64,000 nucleotides of DNA from Bugula neritina (Eukaryota; Animalia; Bryozoa). The DNA lies in NCBI GenBank assembly GCA_964035545.1, contig OZ037766.1, positions 3,100,001-3,164,000 of the forward strand. Reading direction: 5' to 3'. Below the pieces are notes generated by a model, which was not told the origin of the DNA, searched no databases, and saw nothing but the letters and a program-made list of their open reading frames with translations. Positions 13,393 to 24,937 of the stretch are shown piece by piece (within the stretch, counting starts at the first letter, position 1; every line of letters begins with the position of its first letter). Made by a program: the position numbers and the translations under genes.

Positions 13393-15199
13393 TATAATAC
13401 TCGTGGTAAAACAAAGGGGTTATAACATATCAACAACCAGTATTAGGGTGAGTTATATGTAGGTGTGAGAGTTGATCAGACACTCATTTCATGATCAGTA
13501 AAAGCTCTTGCAATGTCTTGCCAAATCTGTCAGTGAACATCATCACCCGAACTAAAGTTAGCTGGTTGCTAGGCCATTGAGAAAGCTGTTACAGGAAAAA
13601 TTATGTAAAACATCTGAAGTCTTGGGGGGAAAAGGAAAATGTTTTTTTTGTTCTGTAGGCGTTGATGTTGCTGATCAACTCTTTGAAACTGATTCTGCAG
13701 CTATTATTAGGACATGAATTGCTTATATATATTCAAAATATATTAGCTTTGTGTTGTCCTTTAAAAGTACAATAGTCTTCTTTACTGACCTGTACTAAAA
13801 CATGTTAGAAACTTGTTGCCAAAATTACAATTACTTTTAGTTTCATTGTCAAGTAGAAGCTCATGTGCAGTTCCGTATTGCAGCAGAATTATTTGCCTGG
13901 CAGAATTTTTTGTTATGGTAGGGCAGCGATATATAGAATAATATGAAATAATAATGGTTAATTATCAACCCGTATTTTATATGCATAATAAAATAAAATG
14001 AAGAAGCTGAAATCTCTCCTTACAATACTCTGGTTTACTGAATATAGGGTTGTGTAATCGTACATTGAATAGACATCATGCTTCATAGGTTGTGATATGG
14101 GTGACTGCAAGCTATGCTAATAATTATTATCATTTGTCTCCTAACAGCTACCATGGAATGCAAGCCATACCAATGAGATAGATATTAAGTTTACAATTCG
14201 TATTTATTATGGCATAAAAGAAATGCATGGATGATAGACTTAATACAACTGGTCATCATCAGCAATTCCTTGTTCAGTGAGTATGGTATCTGCTTGCAAG
14301 CCACGGTCTGCTTCTGTATCCTGATCCACTCTATAATACCAGAGGTTGTGAGTTTTGAGATGACTCACTAGCCCAACTCTGACCGGCATAATCTACCATA
14401 ATGTGGACAAATGCAACTAAAGCCAGGCAGGGTGCACAACTCCCTGTGCTCTCTTGAACCGGTTTTTTCTCTCTACAAGAGACCTGAAATTCCCAAGTTT
14501 CTCTGACCGCTCCAGGAAGAATCTCCAGCATATAACAGCTCTGAGTACATTATGATCTTGTTTGTAATCCATCCAATAAATTCTTATAACTTACACAATT
14601 CTGAAAGTATGTTGCATTTCAAGTTAACTATTTGCCTCATGTAGATTATATTGCGATATACTATATTGGTGAAAAGACAACTCCTTACTTTGTATAAGCT
14701 ATAAGAAACTGGCATGCCTCCATGACACAACCAACAGAGCATAATTTTATTTTTCATTTGTCTATTGTACTACTCCGAGTTGAGACCTGGTGTGGAATAT
14801 TCTAGACTAGTTGGCAATTTGCTTTCAGTCAACAAAAAACTCAAAATTTTGAATAAAAATATCTTAAAAAAACAAATACAGATCTGGAGCACACCAACAC
14901 CTCAGAGTTGGAGATTCTATAAGACTTTGGGAGTTATCTTTTTATTTTTAGTAACCGCCGCCTTGAACTAGCCGAGTTAGAACTGGATCAACATGTCCGC
15001 AACTTTTGAGGGAACTTTGACTGCTATTGTACAGACTACGAGCTATAAGTGATTGAGGGCACTGCTTTATATAATCTCCTGTCCAAGTTTATTAATAAAT
15101 ATTGAAAATAAAAGTAGAATGAACCATCTTACATTACACCATGAAACATTATTGCATGTATACCAATATATGAATATTTCATTTCCCACTAAAATGCTT

Positions 15200-15348
15200 A
15201 CATATAGTACATATAGTACATATACTGCACATAGTACATACAGTTCATATAGTACATAGTGTTTATGTAATAGTACATACAGTAATGTAGCACATATAGT
15301 ACATATAGTACATATAATAGTACATAAAGTAGCACAAGTAGTACATAT
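15200..15348 (+). repeat. Degenerate 9-bp repeat (ACATATAGT)n in the V-ATPase D 3'UTR
   Basis: Visible array beginning about 40 nt after the stop codon at 15387. Confidence 0.85.
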
Positions 15349-15386
15349 GTGATGTGAGTGGAGTTCAAGCAGAAGTAGAGGAGAGA

Positions 15387-17677
15387 CTAGCTAGTGAAGA
15401 GTAAGTCATCATCATGTTCGTCATCCATCATATTAGGTGTATCCACGTCATCTAAACCCTTCGCCTCCTTACGGGCCTTCAACTCCCGTTCCTCTTTCTC
15501 TTTGGCTATTTTCTTTTTCTCCTGTACTTTTTTTAACCTGAAGAAATCTTCTCTTTCTCTCTCGTCCAGTTCATCAATAATGTAAGCTAAAGTAGCCTCT
15601 GTAAACAAGCATGTAGGGTATAGAGCAAGGGAGAATATTAAATACTATTTAGTGAATCAAATTTCGGTATGGGTGCAGCTCTTTTTTCAAAAATCATCCA
15701 TTTTTATTGAAACTTTTCAACCAACAATTCAGTAAAATTGACAAGACATGCCAAATAGTAGCAAAACGTATTATTCAAATTACATTATTTGTATACAATA
15801 TATTTGGCATATCCCACGCTTAATATAAAACTATAGAGAATGCTGGATAGCAGAATACATGATCATTGTCACCGTGATAATTCCAGCTCCACGAAATATT
15901 TACAAATACATGGTCAAGCGTCCCAAAGTTATTTTCACCTTGGACTAACAAGATAAGGACCCAAGCTATCCCCAACACCCAAGTTACTACACATCAACAC
16001 GCGGAGACAACTCTTACCAATCCTAGGAATGATGACGTGTTCAATGGCATTCACTCTTCTGTTGGTGATCTTGATGACCTCGTCCAAGGTTATGAAAGAC
16101 GTCTGCAAGGAGGCCAGTTTGACCAGCAACTGTATGGCTCTCACGTAACTCTTCTTCAGTTTGTCAATCTGTTGGCCACCTCTTGATAAGCCAGTCAGCT
16201 CGTAAGCTGCAATAGAATAGCCAATAATAGCTCAGGATACAAAATGAAACAACCAATAATAACTTAGGATACAAAGTAAAACAATCAAAAATAGAAACCT
16301 GGGTGGAAAGGGTTTTGTTAAAGCTGGCTAAAGATTTATTTAGATGGGGTACAGTAGCAATTATGACTGGATGCTCTTCCTAACATCTCCATGGTCATTA
16401 TTGGGATTTGAACCCATGACTTCGTGTTTACTAAGCCAACACTCTAACCCCTAGATCACAACTGATCCTCTAGAGAGAGTTAATGGTTATTGTAAAATGG
16501 TAATTATTTTTAAACTAATATATTATTTATTCATTAATTTACTACAACTAGAAGTGATTTATCTAGAATCTGATTCTAAATGTTGCAGCAATGATGTTCA
16601 TCTGAGCTTTGAAAAGGCAACTACAATGAATCATTTATAATTTGGCCAAACACCAAATGTGAACCAAGTTTGTTGGTACTATAACTACTCGTTCATCTCT
16701 AATTGTAAAATTGCTCTGTGAAACACTTTCTCAATACTAATAGGCCTCTTGTAACACTCAAAGTATCAACATTGGTTGCAAGTTTGTACCCGAAGCTGAC
16801 ACAAATATAACAGATATTGCTAACTAATATATACTTAAAGCTAATACTTGTGGCTAAACATATTAAAATACCACGAGTATGATGACTATAGTGCTCATTG
16901 TTATAGCTTATTACTTATGGTTATAGTACAAGCATTACATTTACAAGCAGTCAGCAGAAAACTTAAAGCCAAATGCTTATAGTAAAACTAAATATAATAG
17001 TTTAGTTATACAATAGTATTACTATTAGTTTAAAGTGTATACTTAAAGTTAAGATCATGGAATTCAAAGTGCAATACTAATACTATAGTACTACTACTAG
17101 TACTAATGTTAAAGTTAGGCGAATACTAATAGTAATAGCAATACTAATACAGTAATAGTAAGTCCCATAATAACAACACTCATACTTATAGTTTACCACT
17201 GTTGCTATTACTATTCCTCAGTATTAGTAGACTAGATTTAGTCAAAACAAAACTTAATCATAACGATTATGTCCAACTCACAGTGAATGAGTGATAGTCG
17301 TACGGACACTGACACCGATACTTACAGTCGCTACCGTCTTGATAGTCTTCAAAGATAGGCAAAGCTACACCAGCTACATTATCTTTTCGTGTCCTAACTT
17401 TTGTTTGTGCTTTGCTAACGTTCTGAATGACCATATGATTTAAGTCTCCTGCAGCAAACTTTGCCTCAGCAAGAGAAAAACTGGCTTCTTTCATAACGTC
17501 TCCCATTGCAACTTTAGTGTCAATTATCTTTTTCAAAACTGCTCTAAATCTCAAGGTAAGAGCATCAGACTTTTTCTTTAGTAAGCTATGACCTTTTTGA
17601 GCACCTTTCAAACGTAATTTCATCTGAGTTTGCGCCATAGGCGATGGAAAAATATTAATTCTGTCTTTCCCTGACAT
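15387..17677 (-). CDS. ATP6V1D: V-type proton ATPase subunit D (V1 central stalk), 250 aa. Exons 17677-17326, 16206-16018, 15598-15387
   Basis: The spliced product [118 protein letters not shown] closely matches the ATP6V1D/Vha36/Vma8 family. Both introns are GT-AG, phase 1. Exon lengths 352+189+212=753 nt. Confidence 0.97.
16221..16293 (+). repeat. 32-bp tandem repeat (about 2.3 copies) next to the exon-2 acceptor of V-ATPase D
   Basis: ccaataat.ctc/taggatacaaa.t.aaacaa repeats with period 32, starting about 12 nt from the AG at 16208-16207. Confidence 0.75.
16296..16469 (-). mobile_element. tRNA-derived SINE family A (best-preserved head), in intron 1 of V-ATPase D
   Basis: On the minus strand: A-box-like TGTGATCTAGGGG, B-box GGTTCAAATCC, then the core GATGTTAGGAAGAGCATCCAGTCATAA shared with other copies. 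Confidence 0.8.
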
Positions 17678-17738
17678 GATTGAAATTGTTGGTTGTAAAT
17701 TCACAATGACAATTCCAATAAATACGGTCTTGCATTGA

Positions 17739-17747
17739 TCATGTGAC
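17739..17747. promoter_or_regulatory. M-box/CLEAR-type E-box TCATGTGAC (MiT/TFE site)
   Basis: Exact TCATGTGAC about 62 bp upstream of the V-ATPase D ATG. Mitf/TFEB regulation of V-ATPase genes through such boxes is established in flies and mammals. Confidence 0.65.
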
Positions 17748-17877
17748 TGGAAGTACTACTGAATAAGACCTGCTGTTTCATTGGCTGAAGTTTTGACGGA
17801 AACAAACAATAATATTATAATATTTACGGCAGAAAAATGTGAATTTATTTAAGTATAACTTTACGTTCTACGTGAAT

Positions 17878-17949
17878 GGGGATGTAGCTCAGTGGTAGAG
17901 CGCACGCTTTGCATGTGTGAGGCCCCGGGTTCGATCCCCGGCATCTCCA
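17878..17949 (+). tRNA. tRNA-Ala (anticodon TGC)
   Basis: 72-nt cloverleaf: acceptor stem GGGGATG/CATCTCC with the G3:U70 alanine identity pair, D arm GCTC-AGTGGTA-GAGC, anticodon stem CACGC/GTGTG with loop TTTGCAT (TGC at 17910-17912), T arm CCGGG-TTCGATC-CCCGG. Confidence 0.97.
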
Positions 17950-17952
17950 CAC

Positions 17953-17957
17953 TTTTT
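17953..17957 (+). terminator. RNA polymerase III terminator (T5)
   Basis: TTTTT 3 nt after the tRNA 3' end, with a second T5 immediately after. Confidence 0.8.
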
Positions 17958-20900
17958 GCTTTTTGAATCCACACAGTAAAAATTTTAGAAGAACTTTTTT
18001 GGCTCTTTTCAACTGGAACTAAGCAGAATTCTGGGCTTAAAGTCCACAAATTGAATGTATCTAGCATCACGCTGTAAACACGTAAATCACATCGGTATTC
18101 CAAGTTTTTGCATTTGTCAGTAATATTATTAGTTAATGTAAATGATGCACAGTGTGAGATTTATTGTCCACATTGTGCTATTAAACAAACTTCCAAAATT
18201 CTTATGTCTCTATTTGATAATCTACCAGCTCTTTAGATGTTTCTGAGCTATATCTATGTCTAGGTACTAAGACCAACCATCTTCAGCTTTACTAACTATC
18301 CTATAGAAAAGGTACTTGTGCAGGTGAATGAGGAGCTAAGGAAATGATAGTATCATAATACATAATTCATTTTGGCTCCCTAAATTGCAGCAAATTGTCT
18401 TTACTTAGTAAATGACAGCAACCTGACTAAAGCTCTCCAATCCCAAGCCTTCTAATAAAATAAAAACTTAAAGAACTTTAATGGAAAATTTTTAGCAAAA
18501 AATATTTGATTGAACTTCTAGTAATGTAATTACTTTTACCTAACTGAGTTTAACTACATTACATGCTTTGCTTTCTTTTACAGTGACTGCCCTGTATAGT
18601 TGGTTATTATTTTTTTATTTATCACCTTCTAAATGCCACTAAATGTGTGGTACTAATTTCTAATTGGGTAACTAAATGCTAGGCTTCTTTTTATAGATTA
18701 TTATTACCGCGCATAATGACTTATTACAGCTAAAATAATCCACGTTCAAAAACTGTACTTTCAGCTACAATTTCTTTTAACAAGGGTATAGCTACATATT
18801 GGACGGGTATTTTGGAGTTATGTCCCTATTTTCTTCTAGGACATAAGTGTAGAACCCTGTTTAAAATACATTAATCTAGCAGGCCGTTTTATAAAGTAAT
18901 TAGCGAAATCACTCAAAGTATTGCATAATTCCAATTAAATCCGCTGTATGGTGACATCTGACAATATCTTTGGTATTTTAGTTTAAGTGTTTTTTATAAG
19001 TTAAATAATTGCTTTATAATAGCATTTTACCTTGCCACATGCCAACAAATAGGAAATTACTAACAAAGAAAAATATTAATACTTATCTACAGTTATTTGC
19101 GAAGTGGAAGCTCTTGCTGTCTTTTATATTTCATTATTACTTACGGTAGTCTGAAATTTTAAACTGCAATAAAATAATCTATGCAAGATAAAGTTTTCAA
19201 TTTATTTTTAGGAGTTATGCTTGTTTCATTATCTTTTGTAGAATTCAATATATGAATGTGTCTGATTGAAATTCTCATGCTTTTGTGAATGGCGAAAAAT
19301 ACTATTAAAACTACATTATTTTCACACAGTTTTATTATTGACTGACTAAAGTTATCGACATAATATATTGTTCTAGTTCTAAGGCAGACAACTCCTAGTT
19401 TAGAGACTTGTTTCACTTCAACTAATTATTCTATGGAATGTAAGGTGCCAAATAATAATTAAATGCTACTATGAACCCTACTTCCCAAAATAGTTATTTT
19501 TTGTAAAATATTTTACTGCAATATCAATTAAACTCATAACTGGAATATTATTTTTCTTCATTTCAATAATTCAGCTGATTATATTTTGCTAATGTTAAAG
19601 CTTAAGTGATAAAATATAGTATCGCCATGGATTGTTGATTTGCATTGCAAATTTCACGTTTTTATTGCTACGAAACACAAAAATATGTATTATTTAGAGT
19701 CCCTGTTGGTTTACGTTTAAAAAAACTGCTGCCAAGAAAGTAGCTATTCTATTGGACAAAAACATCAACTTTGAATGGAAAGTTACATGTGATTGCCTAT
19801 AAGGCCATAGTGTCAACCAAAGTAAACTTAGCTTTCTTTTCCATTTAATTTTGAACTACTGCTAATTTACAGTATAAATGCTCCCAAACAATAGGTTCTA
19901 ATGGTATATATCCAAATTCTAACAATAAAAACAAAGTTTGTTGAATTTTTTGCTGAACTTATAATTAGAAGTAGACTGTGGTCTCTTAAATACTGCTATT
20001 ATGCTTATAGTAAAATATTATATTTTCATGTAACATTCAACAGTTATGCTTACCCTGTGCTCATAAAACAAAAAATAATTCTCTTCTCTGCTAGTAATTG
20101 AAATTAAACATTTGTAAACAATATGTATAGGTAGATTACACGTAGTTTGTATAAATAATGAGATAATCATAAAGCCACTAAGCATTAAGGAACTGAAAAG
20201 TTGAAAACTAAACTTCCTCTAAAATAAATTTATCCAATAAGAAATAAGTCTCAGTTACAAAACATAGGTGATGATTTAATTGTTTTCGAAACTTCGTGCT
20301 GATAAAAATTAATGCTTTGGCTTATAATTACTTAAGCTTGACTAGCTAATTTTGCAATAAATATTTACTTTCCTAGCTAGTGTATTTGGTTAGATATGTA
20401 CTACATTGCATAGTATTACTAGTAATTTATATCATGGCTATATTATGACTTGCTGGTTTAAAGCCTCGACTATATAGAAAATTAAAAATAACTATTTTGT
20501 TAGCATTAATTGTGGTTATCACGTTGACAATTCATGCAATATCTTATAACATATAAAGCCTTAATTTTAAAATTGATTCTTTTTGGCAACTTTTTATACA
20601 AAAGTTATGTGACTGAAATAATTGGACATTATCTCAAGTGCTATCAAAATATGAGGTTTAAGTAATTTTTTGCAATTATCGCTTCATCAAATTAATATTG
20701 AATTATATTGCCCACCATTTGGGTACTAGTTTGACACATATCTTTGCCAGAAGTGACGTATTGTGCACTGCAAGGGTTATGCATTTATAAGGACTAGGAA
20801 ATGTCCAATTAATCAAGATTATGTAATGACTTTGGCAGCCCACGTCATATGCATACCTTCTGCTTCCCAGCTAACAATGCAATGACTTGGACCACTCCTA

Positions 20901-21224
20901 TTGTATTAATTTGTAGCTAATTAATTTTATTGTTATATTATCTAATGTCTAACTCAAGTGTCACTGTAAACTTTTGTGGTAAAATTTTTCCAAACCCAAA
21001 AATGTAGGACATTAATTCCACCTACAAACTCCGTCAACGAAGTTGATGGTACCAGTTGGTGGAAAGACGATTGACCGGAGCACAAAAAAAACCGAAGTCG
21101 CTTCAATAAATATCGCAGAAATTCGTGTATAATATATAGGGTATGTGGGTTTTGATGTGTGACCTTTCAGTGTTTAAACTTGTGTATCAAATCTTATACA
21201 GAAGAAGAAAATCTGAAATCTTCA

Positions 21225-21373
21225 TTCCTGTGAGAGCCCCTGATAATAATTGGCTTGTAAATAGGCTATAGACTGTGACTCTCACCATTATGGTAGCTTG
21301 GTTAGGGCTTCTACTTGTGATGCCCTTCTTGACATTTGAACCCATGACCTATAGCACTGGCTCGAGTCTAGAC
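21225..21373 (-). mobile_element. Degraded SINE family A copy
   Basis: Contains cctgtgagagcccctgat (tail), gatgcccttcttgacat (core) and tttgaacccatgac (B-box), as in the 16.3 kb copy. Confidence 0.55.
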
Positions 21374-24300
21374 AAACTAAACAAAGGACTTTTTTCAAAC
21401 TTATAGATCAGAAATATTTGAATGACTCGAGTTAAAATTTTAAAAAATATTTAAAATCCAAAAAGAGAATATTTTGAAAAATCAATACTGCTGGCAAGGT
21501 TTGGGTTCATCTAAAGATTTTTTCCAGGTAATATTGAAACAAAGAATAAATTTGCTGATGGGCATGAAGGAAAAACTTTTTAGCAAAATAGAAATGAAAA
21601 AAATAATGCATAATGTGAAACTAAATTTGACATATGGCTGATGTTGTTAATCCTTTGTACAATCTAGAATATGCTTTGCAGTATATAATACAAAGGTTAA
21701 AACTAGTCCTTAACTTTGATAACAATACAAACAGTGTCATGTTGAAGAAGCATAAAGGATCATTTATATGTAATAGCAATGAGCTAATAAAATCTCTATA
21801 TATTGGTTTGAAAAAAGCTGCAAGAAAGATTGTTTTAATCACTTTCGGCAATGCAATAATTCATACTTTGTTTTTATCAGGTATTCTTGTTTATTTTATA
21901 TGTACAAATTTTTATAAAAACCCAAAGTGAAATATATGATATTGTTAAATAGTTGAGTTGCTTGAACAAATTTTTATAGCAAAAAGAATTGAATGCTTAT
22001 ATTCAATAAAAATTGAACACAGTAGTTAAATAAAATAATGTAGTTATAATATATTGCTATATAGATCATGTCTTAAGTATATGTTTTATACCAATAAAAT
22101 TTTAATTCTATAATTATAATTTATTCTGAAATAAATTACATAACTTGTAATGTTTGAGAAATTTATTTAAATATTCAAGTCATTAATGAATAATATACTA
22201 TTTCAAACTAGGATGCTACAAATAACAGGTAACCAAATTTCTATAATCATGTTATGTTATAGTATATATTATTATGCTATAAAATATTATATTATTATAT
22301 GAATACTTGTGAAAGTTCAAATTTTTTGTGCTTTGAAATTCTATGATATGGCTTAGAACTCTATATAAGGGTAAAACAATATTACAATATAATTTGCAAG
22401 CTATTAATTAGAAATTTTGCTGAGAGTTCTATCATAAACAAGTTGAATATATTTTATAAGTGACCTACTAAACTTAATTTTAATTCTTTAATAAGAAATG
22501 GTAAGTACAAAAGTTTTCTTTGCTAAAGTTTTTCTACTTTATACTTTTTAGTGCCCTAAATCTATTTTTTAAGAAATTAGTAATTAGTGCAAAAGCTATT
22601 AAAATAATTTGTATTTTTGGTATTGAAAACACATAATATTTATCCGAATTGTTTTTGTAGAGTATTTCATTCTGGTCGAGGTGTTACTGTGCTGGATTTT
22701 AATTGTCCTAAGTAAAGGTGTCAGTGCGCTGCATAGAGTTGCTTCACTGATAGACTGTGAAACCTTTGGTTTCGTGCTGAGTGCTGACGGCTATTCATAT
22801 AGTAATTATGTTGAGTTGGTGACTACTGACAACGCGGACCTGACTATTCAAAAAGGCTGGAACTAAAGCTAAGACACATCTATCAGTTGGCTACATAATA
22901 AACGCTCAGCTTGTTCATTGAATTATAAGCCTATTTAAAAGCTACAGGCTGAGTAGCAAGCAGGCCATAAACCTAAGCTTTTCCAACCACAAAGCCTCAT
23001 GGGGTAGCCCGAGTGAACAAAGAGATGACTCGTTTCTTTACAGCTTTTTTAAGCCTAATATGTGTATTCATTGCTTCTTTTACCTAACTATGCATGAGTG
23101 CTTCATATTTGTTCCATTTATAAATATATAATTGATAATTGTAATTATTATTTTAATCTTTAATTTCTTATTGTGTGCCATCTGCTTATTGGTATAAGTT
23201 TGCAGAGTTCTATTGAAAGACTGGTTGTGTATTATAAAACATACTTAACATAAAACTGTTGATTTTAAACTTGAAACGAAATATAATGTGATATAAAAAG
23301 GGTTTTGTGTCCAATTTTCATCAAACTTTTATTTCATAAGAATAAATCTTTTTCTATTTTACATTCTTATAATTTTTATTATTTGCTATTAATTACCAGC
23401 TCTAGCTATTAAACATTGACAATTCCCAAACCTAACAATAACTATATTGTTATGTAAGTAATGGCTATTCAAAATATATAATTAGCTAGTCTTTAAGCAC
23501 AAAACTGATTAAAAGAACTCTGCACATCAAATAATTAGAGTTATTTTGTCTGAAAGCTGCCATAAGATTTCTGTTTTTTGCCTGCCATTGGTTCATAATA
23601 TTAATAAAAACTAAGTTTGATAAGGCCAACCCTCTTTTCCCTGCCTTTTTGTCACTTGTATAATGATTCAACTGAGCACGTTTTGGTTTCGCCCAAGTGC
23701 AGCTGGTCTCTCTCAAGTAGCACCCATAATATGTGGGCTGGGGGCTGAAAACCGTGCCGATACATTAATAAAATGTCTTAATAGAGTTCTTTAGATTGAA
23801 CCTGCAAATTTTCTGAATCAATACTGTATCATCAGCCCATCATTCATAATTATGTATAATCATGCATTTACCACTCATAGGCTGAACAATTTTCCAGCTT
23901 GAATTAATTATTTAGTTGTAGGCGTATGTTTAAATACAACTTAGCATAGTATTTAGAGTCTAAGAGGCTTGATATGCTGTACTGAAGAGGTGTGAGTGAC
24001 TAGAATAAGTTAAACTAACGCTAAAGACAGGTAGTAAGCTATCTCACACGTGATTAAAGTCTGTCTGTGTCTAGTAATAAGTCTGTAATTCATAGCTAGC
24101 AGGACCTACCAGCTAACCGCTGTTTTGCAAGTAAACTGACACTTATAGCCATGTGCTTGTGATTCACAATACCATGCAGACACGTTGTCTCTTTTTACCT
24201 GCACTTTGTAGTATTTTAATTATAAAATGTCTTAAATTCCAATAACCTAATCTAGATTACGACATATCCTTTCTGTATATCAGTCAACAATAATCATTGC

Positions 24301-24752
24301 TAGTCAATATTTTTGAATCAAACTTTGAAGGAGATCCCTAACAGTTACCATGGCAACGCGGCTATGTATTAGTTATAAAATCAATGAAAAGGATTCTGTC
24401 CAAGTATTGCATGCTGAGTACATATGATGATATACAGCAAGCCATCTCATTATTCTGTTGATTATTTGGGAACAAAATACAGGATACAAGTTAGGTCAAC
24501 GCATGCTATGCCAACTTTAGCCATCCTGTATATTTCCTAACTCTGCCAGTTGATTTAATCTCATTTAATCTTGACGCAACAAGAATTGATGACAGTCAAG
24601 TGTTGAAAATAAATAACTTCAAAATAAAGTTAAAAATATATTGAAACTAGCTGTCACTATATGCACTGTGTGTTTAAGATTTTCCAACTGCATCAGTGGT
24701 AGCAAATTAAAACAATTCACAGTGATATAAACTAAGCTCTCTGATGCTTTTA

Positions 24753-24937
24753 AGGAACAGCCGTTGTCTAAGGGTTAAACACGAAGTCATAGGTTTGGAT
24801 CCCAATAAAGGTCATTGATGATGTTAGGAAGAGCATTCAGTCATAGTTACCCCTGTGCCTCATTTGAATAAATCTTGAGCCCTCTTTAAAAACTCTTTCC
24901 ATCAGGGGTTCTCACAGGGATAGTGACTGTAAACTAG
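24753..24937 (+). mobile_element. tRNA-derived SINE family A copy
   Basis: aaacacgaagtcataggtttggatcccaataa..gatgttaggaagagcattcagtcata..ctcacagggatagtgactgtaaac is colinear with the 16.3 and 40.4 kb copies. Confidence 0.8.

Noticed and set aside
14331-14531. HIMVDYAG resembles the LTR integrase motif VDYAGP
   Set aside because: No other integrase motifs, LTRs or extended frame. A translated HMM search would be needed.
17678-17704. N-terminal extension MNLQPTISI of V-ATPase D in the ORF track
   Set aside because: It starts at a non-ATG codon. The conserved start is MSGKDR at 17677.
17861-18103. 80-aa ORF containing EMPGIEPGASHMQSVRSTTELHP
   Set aside because: Antisense reading of the tRNA-Ala gene.
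21030-22866. Possible + strand non-coding exons (donor near 21140, acceptor near 22660) and a 61-aa ORF
   Set aside because: No coding homology or transcript evidence.
21400-23716. Possible decayed LINE ORF2 fragments (e.g. KRGLALSNL) on the minus strand
   Set aside because: No RT or endonuclease catalytic motifs are recognisable, and the similarity is too weak.
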